DNA from: Terriglobia bacterium
GTDB taxonomy: Bacteria; Acidobacteriota; Polarisedimenticolia; Polarisedimenticolales; JAIQFR01
Direction: 5' to 3'
Assembly: GCA_963748015.1 (NCBI GenBank)
Contig: CAVVHE010000005.1
Coordinates: 192,001-256,000 of the forward strand
DNA: 64,000 nucleotides
The position numbers and the translations under genes were made by a program. The notes under the pieces were generated by a model. That model made no database searches and was not told the origin of the DNA. It saw nothing but the letters and a program-made list of their open reading frames with translations. The stretch's first letter is position 1. Each line of letters starts with the position of its first letter. Below are positions 48,434 through 56,936 of this stretch, piece after piece.

Positions 48434-49615
48434 ATGAAACGCCGCGCATCCTGCCGCTTCATCGTGCTCGCCGCCGCTGTCCTCTCCGCTCCCCTTTCTG
48501 GAGCAGCCGCCGCACCACCCGCCGAAGCGCAGCCCGCCCCGTGCGACATGGCGGTCCCGAGTATCTACGAGAAGGTCTCGCCCGCCGTCGTCTCGATCTC
48601 GGCGATGTCGGTGAATCCCTACGACATCGGCGACCGGATGTCGCGGGTCGTCGGCTCGGGGGTGATCATCGACAAGGCGGGACTGGTCCTGACGAATTCG
48701 CACGTCGTCTTCGCGCGGCAGGTGATCACGGTGACCCTCGACGACGGCGCGAGCCTGCCGGCAAAACTCGTGGGAGCCGACCCGATCTTCGACGTCGCGC
48801 TGATCCGGATCCCGGCGCCGACGGACGCCGGTCTGCCGACGGCGAAACTGGGCGTGTCGGCGAGGGTCGTGGTCGGTGAGGACGTGTTCGCGATCGGCAA
48901 CCCGTTCGGCCTCGACCAGACTTTCACCCGTGGGATCGTCTCCGCGGTGAACCGGCTGCTCCCCGACGTCCCATTCTCGCTCACCGAGCCCCTCATCCAG
49001 ACCGACGCGCCGATCAACCCGGGGAGCTCGGGCGGTCCGCTCGTGAATCGCTGCGGCGAGGTGATCGGGATCACGACGGCCATCCTTCCCGAGGCGCAGA
49101 ACATCGGGTTCGCGGTCCCGGTGGACCTGATCAAGGACGTCGTCCCGTCGCTCCTCGCGAACGGGCACGTCGTCCGGCCGTGGCTCGGGGTGCAGGGGCA
49201 GCTCGTGGCCCAGCCGCTCAAGGACCTCTTGAAAGTCCCGCTGACGGACGGCTTCCTGGTGGAGGTCGTCGAGCCCGGGAGCCCGGCGGAACAGGCGGGC
49301 CTCCGCGGAGGGCGACTCGACCTCGTGATCGGAGGCCAGCCGATCCTGATCGGCGGCGACGTGATCTCGGAGATCGACGGCTCGCCCATCGACGATCCGG
49401 ACAAGGTCGCGCAGGCCCTCCGCTCGCTCAAGGTCGGCGCCACGGTGCGCCTCGGGGTCTTCCGCGACGGGGACACGCGCGAGGTGAAGGTGGTCCTGAT
49501 CGAGCGGCCTCTTCTTCCCGAGGACATTCCGGCGCGCAGGTCCGCCGCACCGGGCGGGTCGCTTTCGCCGACCGCCGCCCGCGGCCCGTTCCGCAGCGCC
49601 CGCGGGGAATTCTAG
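48434..49615 (+). CDS. HtrA/DegP-family serine protease with PDZ domain
   Basis: Motifs 'TNSHV', 'DVAL', 'IGNPFG', 'QTDAPINPGSSGGPL'. Confidence 0.92.
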   Translation: MKRRASCRFIVLAAAVLSAPLSGAAAAPPAEAQPAPCDMAVPSIYEKVSPAVVSISAMSVNPYDIGDRMSRVVGSGVIIDKAGLVLTNSHVVFARQVITVTLDDGASLPAKLVGADPIFDVALIRIPAPTDAGLPTAKLGVSARVVVGEDVFAIGNPFGLDQTFTRGIVSAVNRLLPDVPFSLTEPLIQTDAPINPGSSGGPLVNRCGEVIGITTAILPEAQNIGFAVPVDLIKDVVPSLLANGHVVRPWLGVQGQLVAQPLKDLLKVPLTDGFLVEVVEPGSPAEQAGLRGGRLDLVIGGQPILIGGDVISEIDGSPIDDPDKVAQALRSLKVGATVRLGVFRDGDTREVKVVLIERPLLPEDIPARRSAAPGGSLSPTAARGPFRSARGEF

Positions 49616-49687
49616 GAGCGCCCCTCGAAAGTCCGGATCGGAGTTCGGCCCGAAGCGGCCCTCGTTGCGAGCGGTCGACTCGTCCCG

Positions 49688-51814
49688 CTAGGCCTTATTC
49701 GCGCCTCCGATTCGGAAGCGCGCGCCGAGGAACAGCTCGCGGCCAGGCGCGGGATGGTACGAGTTGCCGTCCGGGTCGGGCTCGGTGAACGCGATGTAGT
49801 TTCGGTCGGTGGCGTTGCGGACGACGAAGGTCACCTCGCCGCCGCAGCCGCGCGACTCCCAGGCGTAGGCGAGGCGGAGGTGGACCAGCCCGTACCCCCA
49901 CGCCCAGGACTCGTTGGCCGGGTCGACCCACGAGCGGCTCTGCCCCTCGAAGCTGGCGCCGATCGTCCAGTGGGATCCCGTCCGGTACGCGGCGTCGAGA
50001 TAGCCCTGATGCTTCGGGGCGTTGGGAAGCCAGGTGTCGGTGTACGTCGTCTGCGGCAGCTCGTTGGGCGGGCTGACCACGTACGTGTACTTGAAATCGG
50101 AGTAGGTGTACGCGAGCTGCAGCGCGAGGCCCTCGAGCGGGTACCAGCCCATCGCCGTCTCGAGCCCGTACCTGCGGCTCGCGCCCGCGTTGTAGTAGAA
50201 GGTCTCGAGAGGGCGGTCCTCGATGCGGTAGCGGCCGAAGTCGTTCTCCGTGTCCAGGCGGAACAGCGCGGCGTCGTAGGTGAAGCGCTTGCCGCTCGAC
50301 CCCCTCACCCCCACTTCCTCGCCGTGCGAGGTCGCGGCGCCGATCCCGGCGTTGAATCCGCCGTATCCCTCGGGGTTGTTGATCAGCTCTTCGGTCGAGG
50401 GAGGAAGGAACCCCTGCCCCCAGTTGGCGTAGAAGCCGTAGCGAGTGCTCGGGTTCCAGGTCACCCCGACCCGGCCGGTCGTCTTCCGGTAGTCCGGAAG
50501 GTCGACCGACTCCGAGCTGACGCGATCCGTCGACCGGTCCTGGAACCCATCCCAGCGGAGCCCCCCGGTGACGCCCCACCCGTGGCCGACGTCGAGGCGG
50601 TCCACCGCGAACAGCCCGATCCCCTGCTGGTCGTAGCTCACGCTGGACTGCAGCCCGTGGTCCACGTCCTCGTTGAGCGGATTGCCGTTCTTCTGCTCGT
50701 CCACCGTCTGCCAGGCGGCGTCGGTCCCGACGCAGAGCTCGTTCTCGAGCGTCCCGGAGCCCGTGCGGAGCGCGTATTGGAGCTGCCCCCCCGGATTGTC
50801 GTAGGTCCGGTAGATCAGCGAGGCCGGGACCGACTCGCGCCAGGACGAGAGCCGCGAGTACACCGCGAACGAGAGGTCCTGGGCGGGAGTGAGGGAGAAG
50901 TCCCCGGTCAGCCCGACGGTCGTGCGGCGCGTGTACTGGTACTCGTTCTTGCTGACCGCGTCGGGGTTCGGCTGCGTCGGATCCTGGGTCGCCTGCTCCA
51001 GGTTCAGCCCTTCGGCGTTCTCGTTGAAGTACTCGGTGGAGGCGAGGATCGCCGTCAGGCGGCCCCTCGCTCCCACGTTCCAGCGGATCTTCGAGTAGAC
51101 GTTGGTGGCGTCGTAGGCCGTGTGCACCCGGTAGCCGTCCCCTTGCATCCGGGACGCCGAGACCCGGTAATTCGTCGAGCCCACGGTCCCGCCCGCCTCG
51201 GCGAAGAGCTTCCCGAAGGAGTAGGAGCCGAGGTCGAGGGCGACGTCGCCGGAAGCCTTCCCGGGGCCGCCGTCCCGCGTCGCGATGTGGATGACGCCCC
51301 CCGCGGCTCCCGCGCCGTAGAGCGCCGAGGCCGGCCCCCGCAGGACCTCGACCCGCCGGACCGTCGCCCAGTCCACGTCGAAGAGGTCGGGCGCCAGGCC
51401 GAGCGGATCGTTGAGCGGGATCCCGTCGAGCAGGACCATGATGCGGCGAACGCCGCGCTCGACGAGGATCCCCTCTCCGCGGATCGAGAGGTGCACGCGC
51501 TCGCCGTCGGCCTGGTTGTCCACCTTGACGCCGGGCACCAGCTTGAGCGCCTCGTCCGCGGCGATCGTCTTCGACCTGGCGATCGCGAGGTCCTTCCCTT
51601 CGACCACCGTGGTGGCCGCCGGATTCTCCGACAGCGGGATCTCCACCCGCGGCGCGGTCACCGTGACGACCTCGGTGGACGGGAGCCGCCGGATCTCCTT
51701 GTCCTCGGCGGGCGGGGGAGCGTCCTGGGCGAGAGCGGAAGTCGTGGCGAGCGCGGCGAGGAGGAGGAAGGAACCCATGAGGCGAATCGAGCGGAAGACG
51801 TCGAGCCGGACCAT
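49688..51814 (-). CDS. TonB-dependent receptor
   Basis: 'EVVTVTA', plug motif 'RVEVLRGPASALYG', beta-barrel, C-terminal 'PGRELFLGARF'. Confidence 0.9.
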   Translation of the reverse strand: MVRLDVFRSIRLMGSFLLLAALATTSALAQDAPPPAEDKEIRRLPSTEVVTVTAPRVEIPLSENPAATTVVEGKDLAIARSKTIAADEALKLVPGVKVDNQADGERVHLSIRGEGILVERGVRRIMVLLDGIPLNDPLGLAPDLFDVDWATVRRVEVLRGPASALYGAGAAGGVIHIATRDGGPGKASGDVALDLGSYSFGKLFAEAGGTVGSTNYRVSASRMQGDGYRVHTAYDATNVYSKIRWNVGARGRLTAILASTEYFNENAEGLNLEQATQDPTQPNPDAVSKNEYQYTRRTTVGLTGDFSLTPAQDLSFAVYSRLSSWRESVPASLIYRTYDNPGGQLQYALRTGSGTLENELCVGTDAAWQTVDEQKNGNPLNEDVDHGLQSSVSYDQQGIGLFAVDRLDVGHGWGVTGGLRWDGFQDRSTDRVSSESVDLPDYRKTTGRVGVTWNPSTRYGFYANWGQGFLPPSTEELINNPEGYGGFNAGIGAATSHGEEVGVRGSSGKRFTYDAALFRLDTENDFGRYRIEDRPLETFYYNAGASRRYGLETAMGWYPLEGLALQLAYTYSDFKYTYVVSPPNELPQTTYTDTWLPNAPKHQGYLDAAYRTGSHWTIGASFEGQSRSWVDPANESWAWGYGLVHLRLAYAWESRGCGGEVTFVVRNATDRNYIAFTEPDPDGNSYHPAPGRELFLGARFRIGGANKA

Positions 51815-51917
51815 GGCGGGGTGGCTCCTCGGGGCTCGGGACGAGCGAGCGGCATGCTCCGCCGCCCGAGCCGCGTAGCATACGTTTCTTCCTTCGAAGA
51901 TCCGAGGGAAGCGTGAC

Positions 51918-53498
51918 TCAGTGCGCGCCGGCGGGCGGGCCATGGTGCCTCGGCTTTCGCATCAGAGGGATCAGGAACAGCATCGCCGCGAACATGACCG
52001 CCATCAGGAAGAAGACGTCGTTGTAGGACATCATCGCGGCCTGCTGCTGGACCCGCCCGAAGAGCGCCCCGGCGGCCTGCCTAGACGCGGTGGCCGGATC
52101 GGACCCCTGCGCGACGAAGGCGCCGGCCATCCCCTGCAGCTGCTCGCGCGAGGCGAGGCCGTAGGCGTCCACGTGCCCCACGAGGACGCTCGTGTGGACC
52201 TGCGCGCGGCGCGCCAGGAGAGTCGTCGAGGTGGCGATTCCGACGGATCCGCCGATGTTGCGCAGCAAGTTGAAGATGCTCGTCGCGTTTCCCATGCGCT
52301 CGCGCGGGATCGGGTCGTTGGTGATGGTGGTGAGCGGGATGAACAGCAGCCCCAGCGCTCCTCCCTGGACCACCAGGACCAGGAAAAAGTCGTGGTACCC
52401 GACGTCGAGAGAGAGCCGGGAGAGCATGAAGAGGGACGACGAGACGAGGACCACCCCTGCCGCGAGCAGCTTCCTCGGCTCGACCCGGGTCATCATGAGG
52501 CCGATCAGCGGCATCATGACGAACGAGGTCGCGCCGCGCGGGAGCGTCGCGAGACCGGCCTCGAACGCCGAGTACCCGAGCAGCGTCTGCATGAACAACG
52601 GCAGCAGCACGGTGCTCCCGTAGAGCACGAATCCGAGGATCGTGATCAGGAGCACCCCCGCGGCGAAGGTGCGGTTGCGGAACACGGAGAGGTCCACGAT
52701 CGGGTGCTCGGCCTTGAGCTCCCGGACGATCAGGGCGGCGATCCCCACGCCGGCGATCACGGCCAAGCTTACGATGAACCGCGACTCGAGCCAGTCCTCT
52801 TGCTGCCCCTTGTCCAGCATGATCTGGAGGGCGCCGATGCCGAGGACGAGCAGCCCCATGCCCCAGTAGTCCACCCGTCCCGAGCCGCGCTTGATGTAGT
52901 GCGGATCGAAGATGAAGAGGTAGGTCATCGCGATGGCGAAGAGGCCGATCGGGATGTTGATGTAGAACACCCAGCGCCAGCTGTAGTTGTCGGTGAGCCA
53001 GCCGCCGAGGACCGGCCCGAGCATCGGGGCGACCACGATGCCGAGGCCCCAGAACGCCATGGCCATCCCCCGCTTCCGCGGCGGGAAGGCCTCCAGCATG
53101 ATCGCCTGCGAGAGCGGCTGCAGCCCGCCCCCCGTGGCCCCCTGCAAGACGCGGAAGAAGATCAGGAGCGGCAGGCTCGGGGCCAGGCCGCACAGGAACG
53201 ACGACGCCGTGAAACCGATGACCGAGCCCATCAGCAGCCGCTTCCGGCCGAAGTGATTCGCCAGCCACCCGGTCATCGGCAGGACGATCGCGTTCGCGAC
53301 GAGGTACGAGGTCAGCACCCACGTCGCCTCCTCGTTCGTCGAGGAGAGCGTGCCCGCGATGTGGGGAAGCGAAACGTTGACCACCGTGGTGTCCAGCACC
53401 TCCATGAACGTGCTGATCATCACGGAGATCGCGACGATCCAGGGGTTGACCGGGAGGGCGACTCCCGCGCCCGTCCCTGTCGCGGCCTCGTCGTTCAA
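51918..53498 (-). CDS. DHA2-family MFS efflux permease (EmrB-like)
   Basis: Motifs 'MEVLDTTVVNVSLP', 'WVLTSY', 'GPVLGGWLTDNYSWRWVFYIN'. TTG start overlaps the upstream stop. Confidence 0.92.
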   Translation of the reverse strand: MNDEAATGTGAGVALPVNPWIVAISVMISTFMEVLDTTVVNVSLPHIAGTLSSTNEEATWVLTSYLVANAIVLPMTGWLANHFGRKRLLMGSVIGFTASSFLCGLAPSLPLLIFFRVLQGATGGGLQPLSQAIMLEAFPPRKRGMAMAFWGLGIVVAPMLGPVLGGWLTDNYSWRWVFYINIPIGLFAIAMTYLFIFDPHYIKRGSGRVDYWGMGLLVLGIGALQIMLDKGQQEDWLESRFIVSLAVIAGVGIAALIVRELKAEHPIVDLSVFRNRTFAAGVLLITILGFVLYGSTVLLPLFMQTLLGYSAFEAGLATLPRGATSFVMMPLIGLMMTRVEPRKLLAAGVVLVSSSLFMLSRLSLDVGYHDFFLVLVVQGGALGLLFIPLTTITNDPIPRERMGNATSIFNLLRNIGGSVGIATSTTLLARRAQVHTSVLVGHVDAYGLASREQLQGMAGAFVAQGSDPATASRQAAGALFGRVQQQAAMMSYNDVFFLMAVMFAAMLFLIPLMRKPRHHGPPAGAH

Positions 53499-54118
53499 GC
53501 AGGCTCCCCGCGGCAGCCCACCGCGCAGAGGATCGTCCGCGCGCCCGCCTCGATCCCCACGCGGGTGCTCACCATCAGGTCGTACAGCTCGCGGGCGGTC
53601 CGCTCGCAGCCGTAGTAGTGCTGGACGTACGCCGCCCGCGCGCGGTCCACCCGCTCCATTTCGATCGCGGCTCCCTGCTCGCCGCCGTGGCGCGGGGCGA
53701 GACGCCGGAGGCGCTCCTGGCGCGGGGCGTACACGAACACGTGCAACGCGTCCTCCCGGTCGCGCAGGATGCACTGCGCGCCCCGGCCGAGGATCACGCA
53801 GCTTCCCTCGAGGGCGGCTTCGAGAACAACACGGCGGGTCAGCTCCGCGGTGAGGTCGGCGTCGAACACCGTGCCGCGCGGCGCGGCGGCGAAGGAGTCG
53901 GCGCTGCCGGACCAGAGCCCCTTCGCGAGGCGGACCACCCAGGGGTTGATCCGCTCGTCGTACTCGGCGGCGTCCTCCGGCAGGACGTCGGCCCGCTTGG
54001 CGACTTCCGCGATCAGCTCCCGGTCCACGAGGCGCCAGCCCAGCGCCTCGGCGACGCGTCGGGCGATCTCCTGCCCGCCGCTCCCGTGCTCGCGGGCGAT
54101 CGTGATGATCCTCTTCAT
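53495..54118 (-). CDS. Cytidylate kinase-like family protein
   Basis: Motifs 'ITIAREHGSGG', 'VILGRGA', 'YDLMV'. Confidence 0.85.
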   Translation of the reverse strand: MKRIITIAREHGSGGQEIARRVAEALGWRLVDRELIAEVAKRADVLPEDAAEYDERINPWVVRLAKGLWSGSADSFAAAPRGTVFDADLTAELTRRVVLEAALEGSCVILGRGAQCILRDREDALHVFVYAPRQERLRRLAPRHGGEQGAAIEMERVDRARAAYVQHYYGCERTARELYDLMVSTRVGIEAGARTILCAVGCRGEPA

Positions 54119-54137
54119 GGCGCCACCTCGGCGGGGC

Positions 54138-55319
54138 TCAGCGGGTGAGCACCGTCGGCACTACCGACATCCCCGGGCGCAGCAGGTGCTCCGGATCCTG
54201 GTCCTTCTCGAGGACGATCTTCACCGGGATGCGCTGCACGACCTTGACGAAGTTCCCGGTGGCGTTCTCGGGGGGGAGCAGGCTGAACTTCGCCGCGGTG
54301 GCACCGCCGATGCTCTCGATGTGACCCCGATAGGTGCGCGCGTACGCGTCCACGTAGACGCCCACCGGCTGTCCGGGACGCATCCTGCGCAGCTGGCTTT
54401 CCTTGTAGTTCGCCACGACCCAGACCCGCTCGAGCGGGACCAGCGCGAGGAGCGGCTGGCCCGCCTGGACGACCTGGCCGGGCTGAGCGCTCTTCCGGCT
54501 GACGATTCCGGCGACGGGGGCCTTGACCTCGGTGTACCCGAGATTGAGGCGGGCCTGGTCGAGCGCAGCCTGGTACTTCCCCTCGATCCCCGCTGCCGCG
54601 TCGGAGCGGGCGTGCGCGACCTCCACCTGCTGGGCCGCGGTCCCGGCCGCGCGAAGCTGGGACTCCGCCTGCGCCACGTGGCTCTTCGCGGCGGCAAGCG
54701 CCGCCTCGGCCGCCTGCACCGACGAGCGGGCCGCGGTCTCGCCGGCGACCGCGGTGTCGAACTGCTGGCGCGATATCTCGTCCTTGTCGACCAGCTGCCG
54801 GTAGCGGGTGAGGTCCGCGGCCGCCCGCGCGTGGTTGGCCGTCGCCTCCGCGACGCGCGCCGTGGCCGCGTCCACTTCCTGGTTCGCCGCGGCGACGGCT
54901 GCCCGCGCGTTGGCCAGCTGGCTCGACGTGTTGGTCTCCGTGATCGGGATGGCCGCCCGGGCGGCCGCGGCGGCCGCACGCGCATCGGCGAGTTCCGCCT
55001 CGGCCTTCCGCGCCGCAACGTCGTAGTCGGCGGGATCGATGCGCACCAGCAAGGTCCCGGCATCCACGTGCTGGTTGTCGCTCACGAGGACGTCCCTGAT
55101 CGTACCGCCGACGCGGGCGCTGATCGGGACGATGTTTCCCTCGATCTGAGCGTCGTCGGTGGTCTCGCGCACCCTCGAGTACGTCCAGAAGACGAGAGAG
55201 GCGATCGCGACCACGATGGCACCGGCTGGGAGCACGACGCGCGCCAGCTTGATGTGGCGGGCGCTCAGTCCCCGTCCCGCCGGGGTCGCCGCGGAAGGCT
55301 CGGTGCCCGTTTCGGTCAT
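54138..55319 (-). CDS. HlyD/EmrA-family membrane fusion protein
   Basis: Motifs 'TDDAQIEG', 'ANYKE', 'LLPPENATGNFVKVVQRIPV', 'LRPGMS'. Confidence 0.92.
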   Translation of the reverse strand: MTETGTEPSAATPAGRGLSARHIKLARVVLPAGAIVVAIASLVFWTYSRVRETTDDAQIEGNIVPISARVGGTIRDVLVSDNQHVDAGTLLVRIDPADYDVAARKAEAELADARAAAAAARAAIPITETNTSSQLANARAAVAAANQEVDAATARVAEATANHARAAADLTRYRQLVDKDEISRQQFDTAVAGETAARSSVQAAEAALAAAKSHVAQAESQLRAAGTAAQQVEVAHARSDAAAGIEGKYQAALDQARLNLGYTEVKAPVAGIVSRKSAQPGQVVQAGQPLLALVPLERVWVVANYKESQLRRMRPGQPVGVYVDAYARTYRGHIESIGGATAAKFSLLPPENATGNFVKVVQRIPVKIVLEKDQDPEHLLRPGMSVVPTVLTR

Positions 55320-56806
55320 CGTGTCGTTCCCCCGTCGCCGCCCAGGAGGGCCGGGAGCGTGCGCTCGGCCGAGCCGGTCGCCCGTGCCAGCGCGACCTTG
55401 GCGATGTTGTGGGCGTACAGCGCGGACAGGTAGTTGTCGGAGGCGGCGGCCTCGGCGTCCTGGGCCTGGACGACCTCGAGGTTGCCCGCGACCCCCGCGG
55501 CAAAACGGTCCTGCGACTGGCGGAGCTGCTCCTCGGCCAGTTCGAGCGCTCCCCGCGCGACGGTCACGCGCTCCCCCGCCGCGTCGAGATCGAGGAGGGC
55601 CGCGCGGACCTCGTACTCGACCCGGGTGCCTAGGTCGTCGCGCCGCGCGCGAAGTTGCGCAAGCGCCGCATCGTCCTGCCGGACGCGCGCCCGGATGCGC
55701 CCTCCCTCGAAGATCGGGATCCGCGCCCCGACTCCGAGCGAGAACGTCCGCTCGAGGGAGGGATTGCTCAGGCCGATCCAACCGTAATCGCCCTTGAAGA
55801 GGATCGTGGGGTAAGCGTCGTACCTGTCGGCCTTGCGCGTCGCCTCGGCGGACGCGAGCGCGGCTTCCGCCTGCAGCAGGTCGGCTCGCGATGCGAGCGC
55901 CTCCGCAATCGCCGACTCCGCCGTGGGCGGCGCCGCCTCCCGGTGGGAGAGCTTCTCGGCCAGCTCGAACTTCTGCCCGAGGGGCACGCCGATCGCCCGC
56001 GCGAGCGCCAGCTTCTGTTTCGCGAACTCGTTCTCGTAGTAGATCAAGCGCTGCCGCTGCGCCTCGCGCTGGACCTGGGCCCGCAGCACCTCGATCCCCG
56101 GGACGACTCCCGATTCCTTGAGACGCCGCGCGCGCTCGAGCAGCGCCACGGAGACCGCTTCCTGGGCGCGGGCGGCCTCGATCCGGCTCGCGCCGAGCGC
56201 GGCCTGGAGGTAGAGAGACGCGCAGGTGAGTACGACCAGCTCGCGGGCGTCGCGGTATCCGAGCCTCGCCACCTCGAGCCCCTGCCCCCCCGCGCGCGAT
56301 CGTTCGAGCGCGGCGAGATCCAGCAACGGCATCGTCGCGTAGACCCGCCCGTCGAGCACGTTGAACGGGGGGGTCACGGGGTCCTGGCCGGGCTGGAGCG
56401 GAATGCCGAACGCCTCGAAGTTGATCTCCTGGCGCACGCCGGAAGCCGAGGCGTTGACGGTCGGCAGCAGCCCGCTTCTCGCGAGCTTCTGGTTGGCCCC
56501 AGCGCTCTGCACCGACTGCGAGCTCAGGATCGCGCCGAGGTTTCGCTCGAGGCCGCGGCTCACGGCGTCGGCGAGGGTCAGCGAGAGCGTCTCCGCGGTG
56601 GGCGCGCCGTCCGGGACGCCGCCGAGAAAGGGATTCCCGATCGCGTCCTCCCGGCTCGCCGCGGTGGCCGGCGCGCTCGCGGCGCGCGACGGCGCCTGCT
56701 CCTGGGCCCACGCCGCGGTGAAGAGCGCCGCGGCGAGGAGAGCGGCCGCCGCGACCTTCGCCGTCGCGAGATGTCTTTCTATCGGGTTCACGCGTCTCGA
56801 CGCCAT
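55316..56806 (-). CDS. TolC-family outer membrane efflux protein
   Basis: Signal peptide, 'LTLADAV', 'LLPTV', 'PIFEGG', 'RFAAG...LEVVQAQ'. Confidence 0.88.
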   Translation of the reverse strand: MASRRVNPIERHLATAKVAAAALLAAALFTAAWAQEQAPSRAASAPATAASREDAIGNPFLGGVPDGAPTAETLSLTLADAVSRGLERNLGAILSSQSVQSAGANQKLARSGLLPTVNASASGVRQEINFEAFGIPLQPGQDPVTPPFNVLDGRVYATMPLLDLAALERSRAGGQGLEVARLGYRDARELVVLTCASLYLQAALGASRIEAARAQEAVSVALLERARRLKESGVVPGIEVLRAQVQREAQRQRLIYYENEFAKQKLALARAIGVPLGQKFELAEKLSHREAAPPTAESAIAEALASRADLLQAEAALASAEATRKADRYDAYPTILFKGDYGWIGLSNPSLERTFSLGVGARIPIFEGGRIRARVRQDDAALAQLRARRDDLGTRVEYEVRAALLDLDAAGERVTVARGALELAEEQLRQSQDRFAAGVAGNLEVVQAQDAEAAASDNYLSALYAHNIAKVALARATGSAERTLPALLGGDGGTTR

Positions 56807-56864
56807 CTAGCGCGCAGTATAACCCTCGACTATCGGCTCGCAACGCGGCGCGCGATCGTACCGA

Positions 56865-56929
56865 GGGCGCCCCGTCAAGGCGCCTCGACGGGGCGTCCCC
56901 CGGGTCAACTGCCCCCGGGGGACGCCCCG
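56865..56929. repeat. Overlapping inverted repeats (16-bp perfect stem plus an alternative 12-bp stem)
   Basis: CGGGGCGTCCCCCGGG (56889-56904) pairs with 56914-56929. 56865-56876 pairs with 56887-56898 (11/12). Confidence 0.7.
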
Positions 56930-56936
56930 CGCGGCA

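Noticed and set aside
54138..56843. 901-aa ORF as a giant HlyD protein
   Set aside because: The N-terminal 508 aa is an Arg/Gly-rich off-frame shadow of tolC. The real start is 55319.
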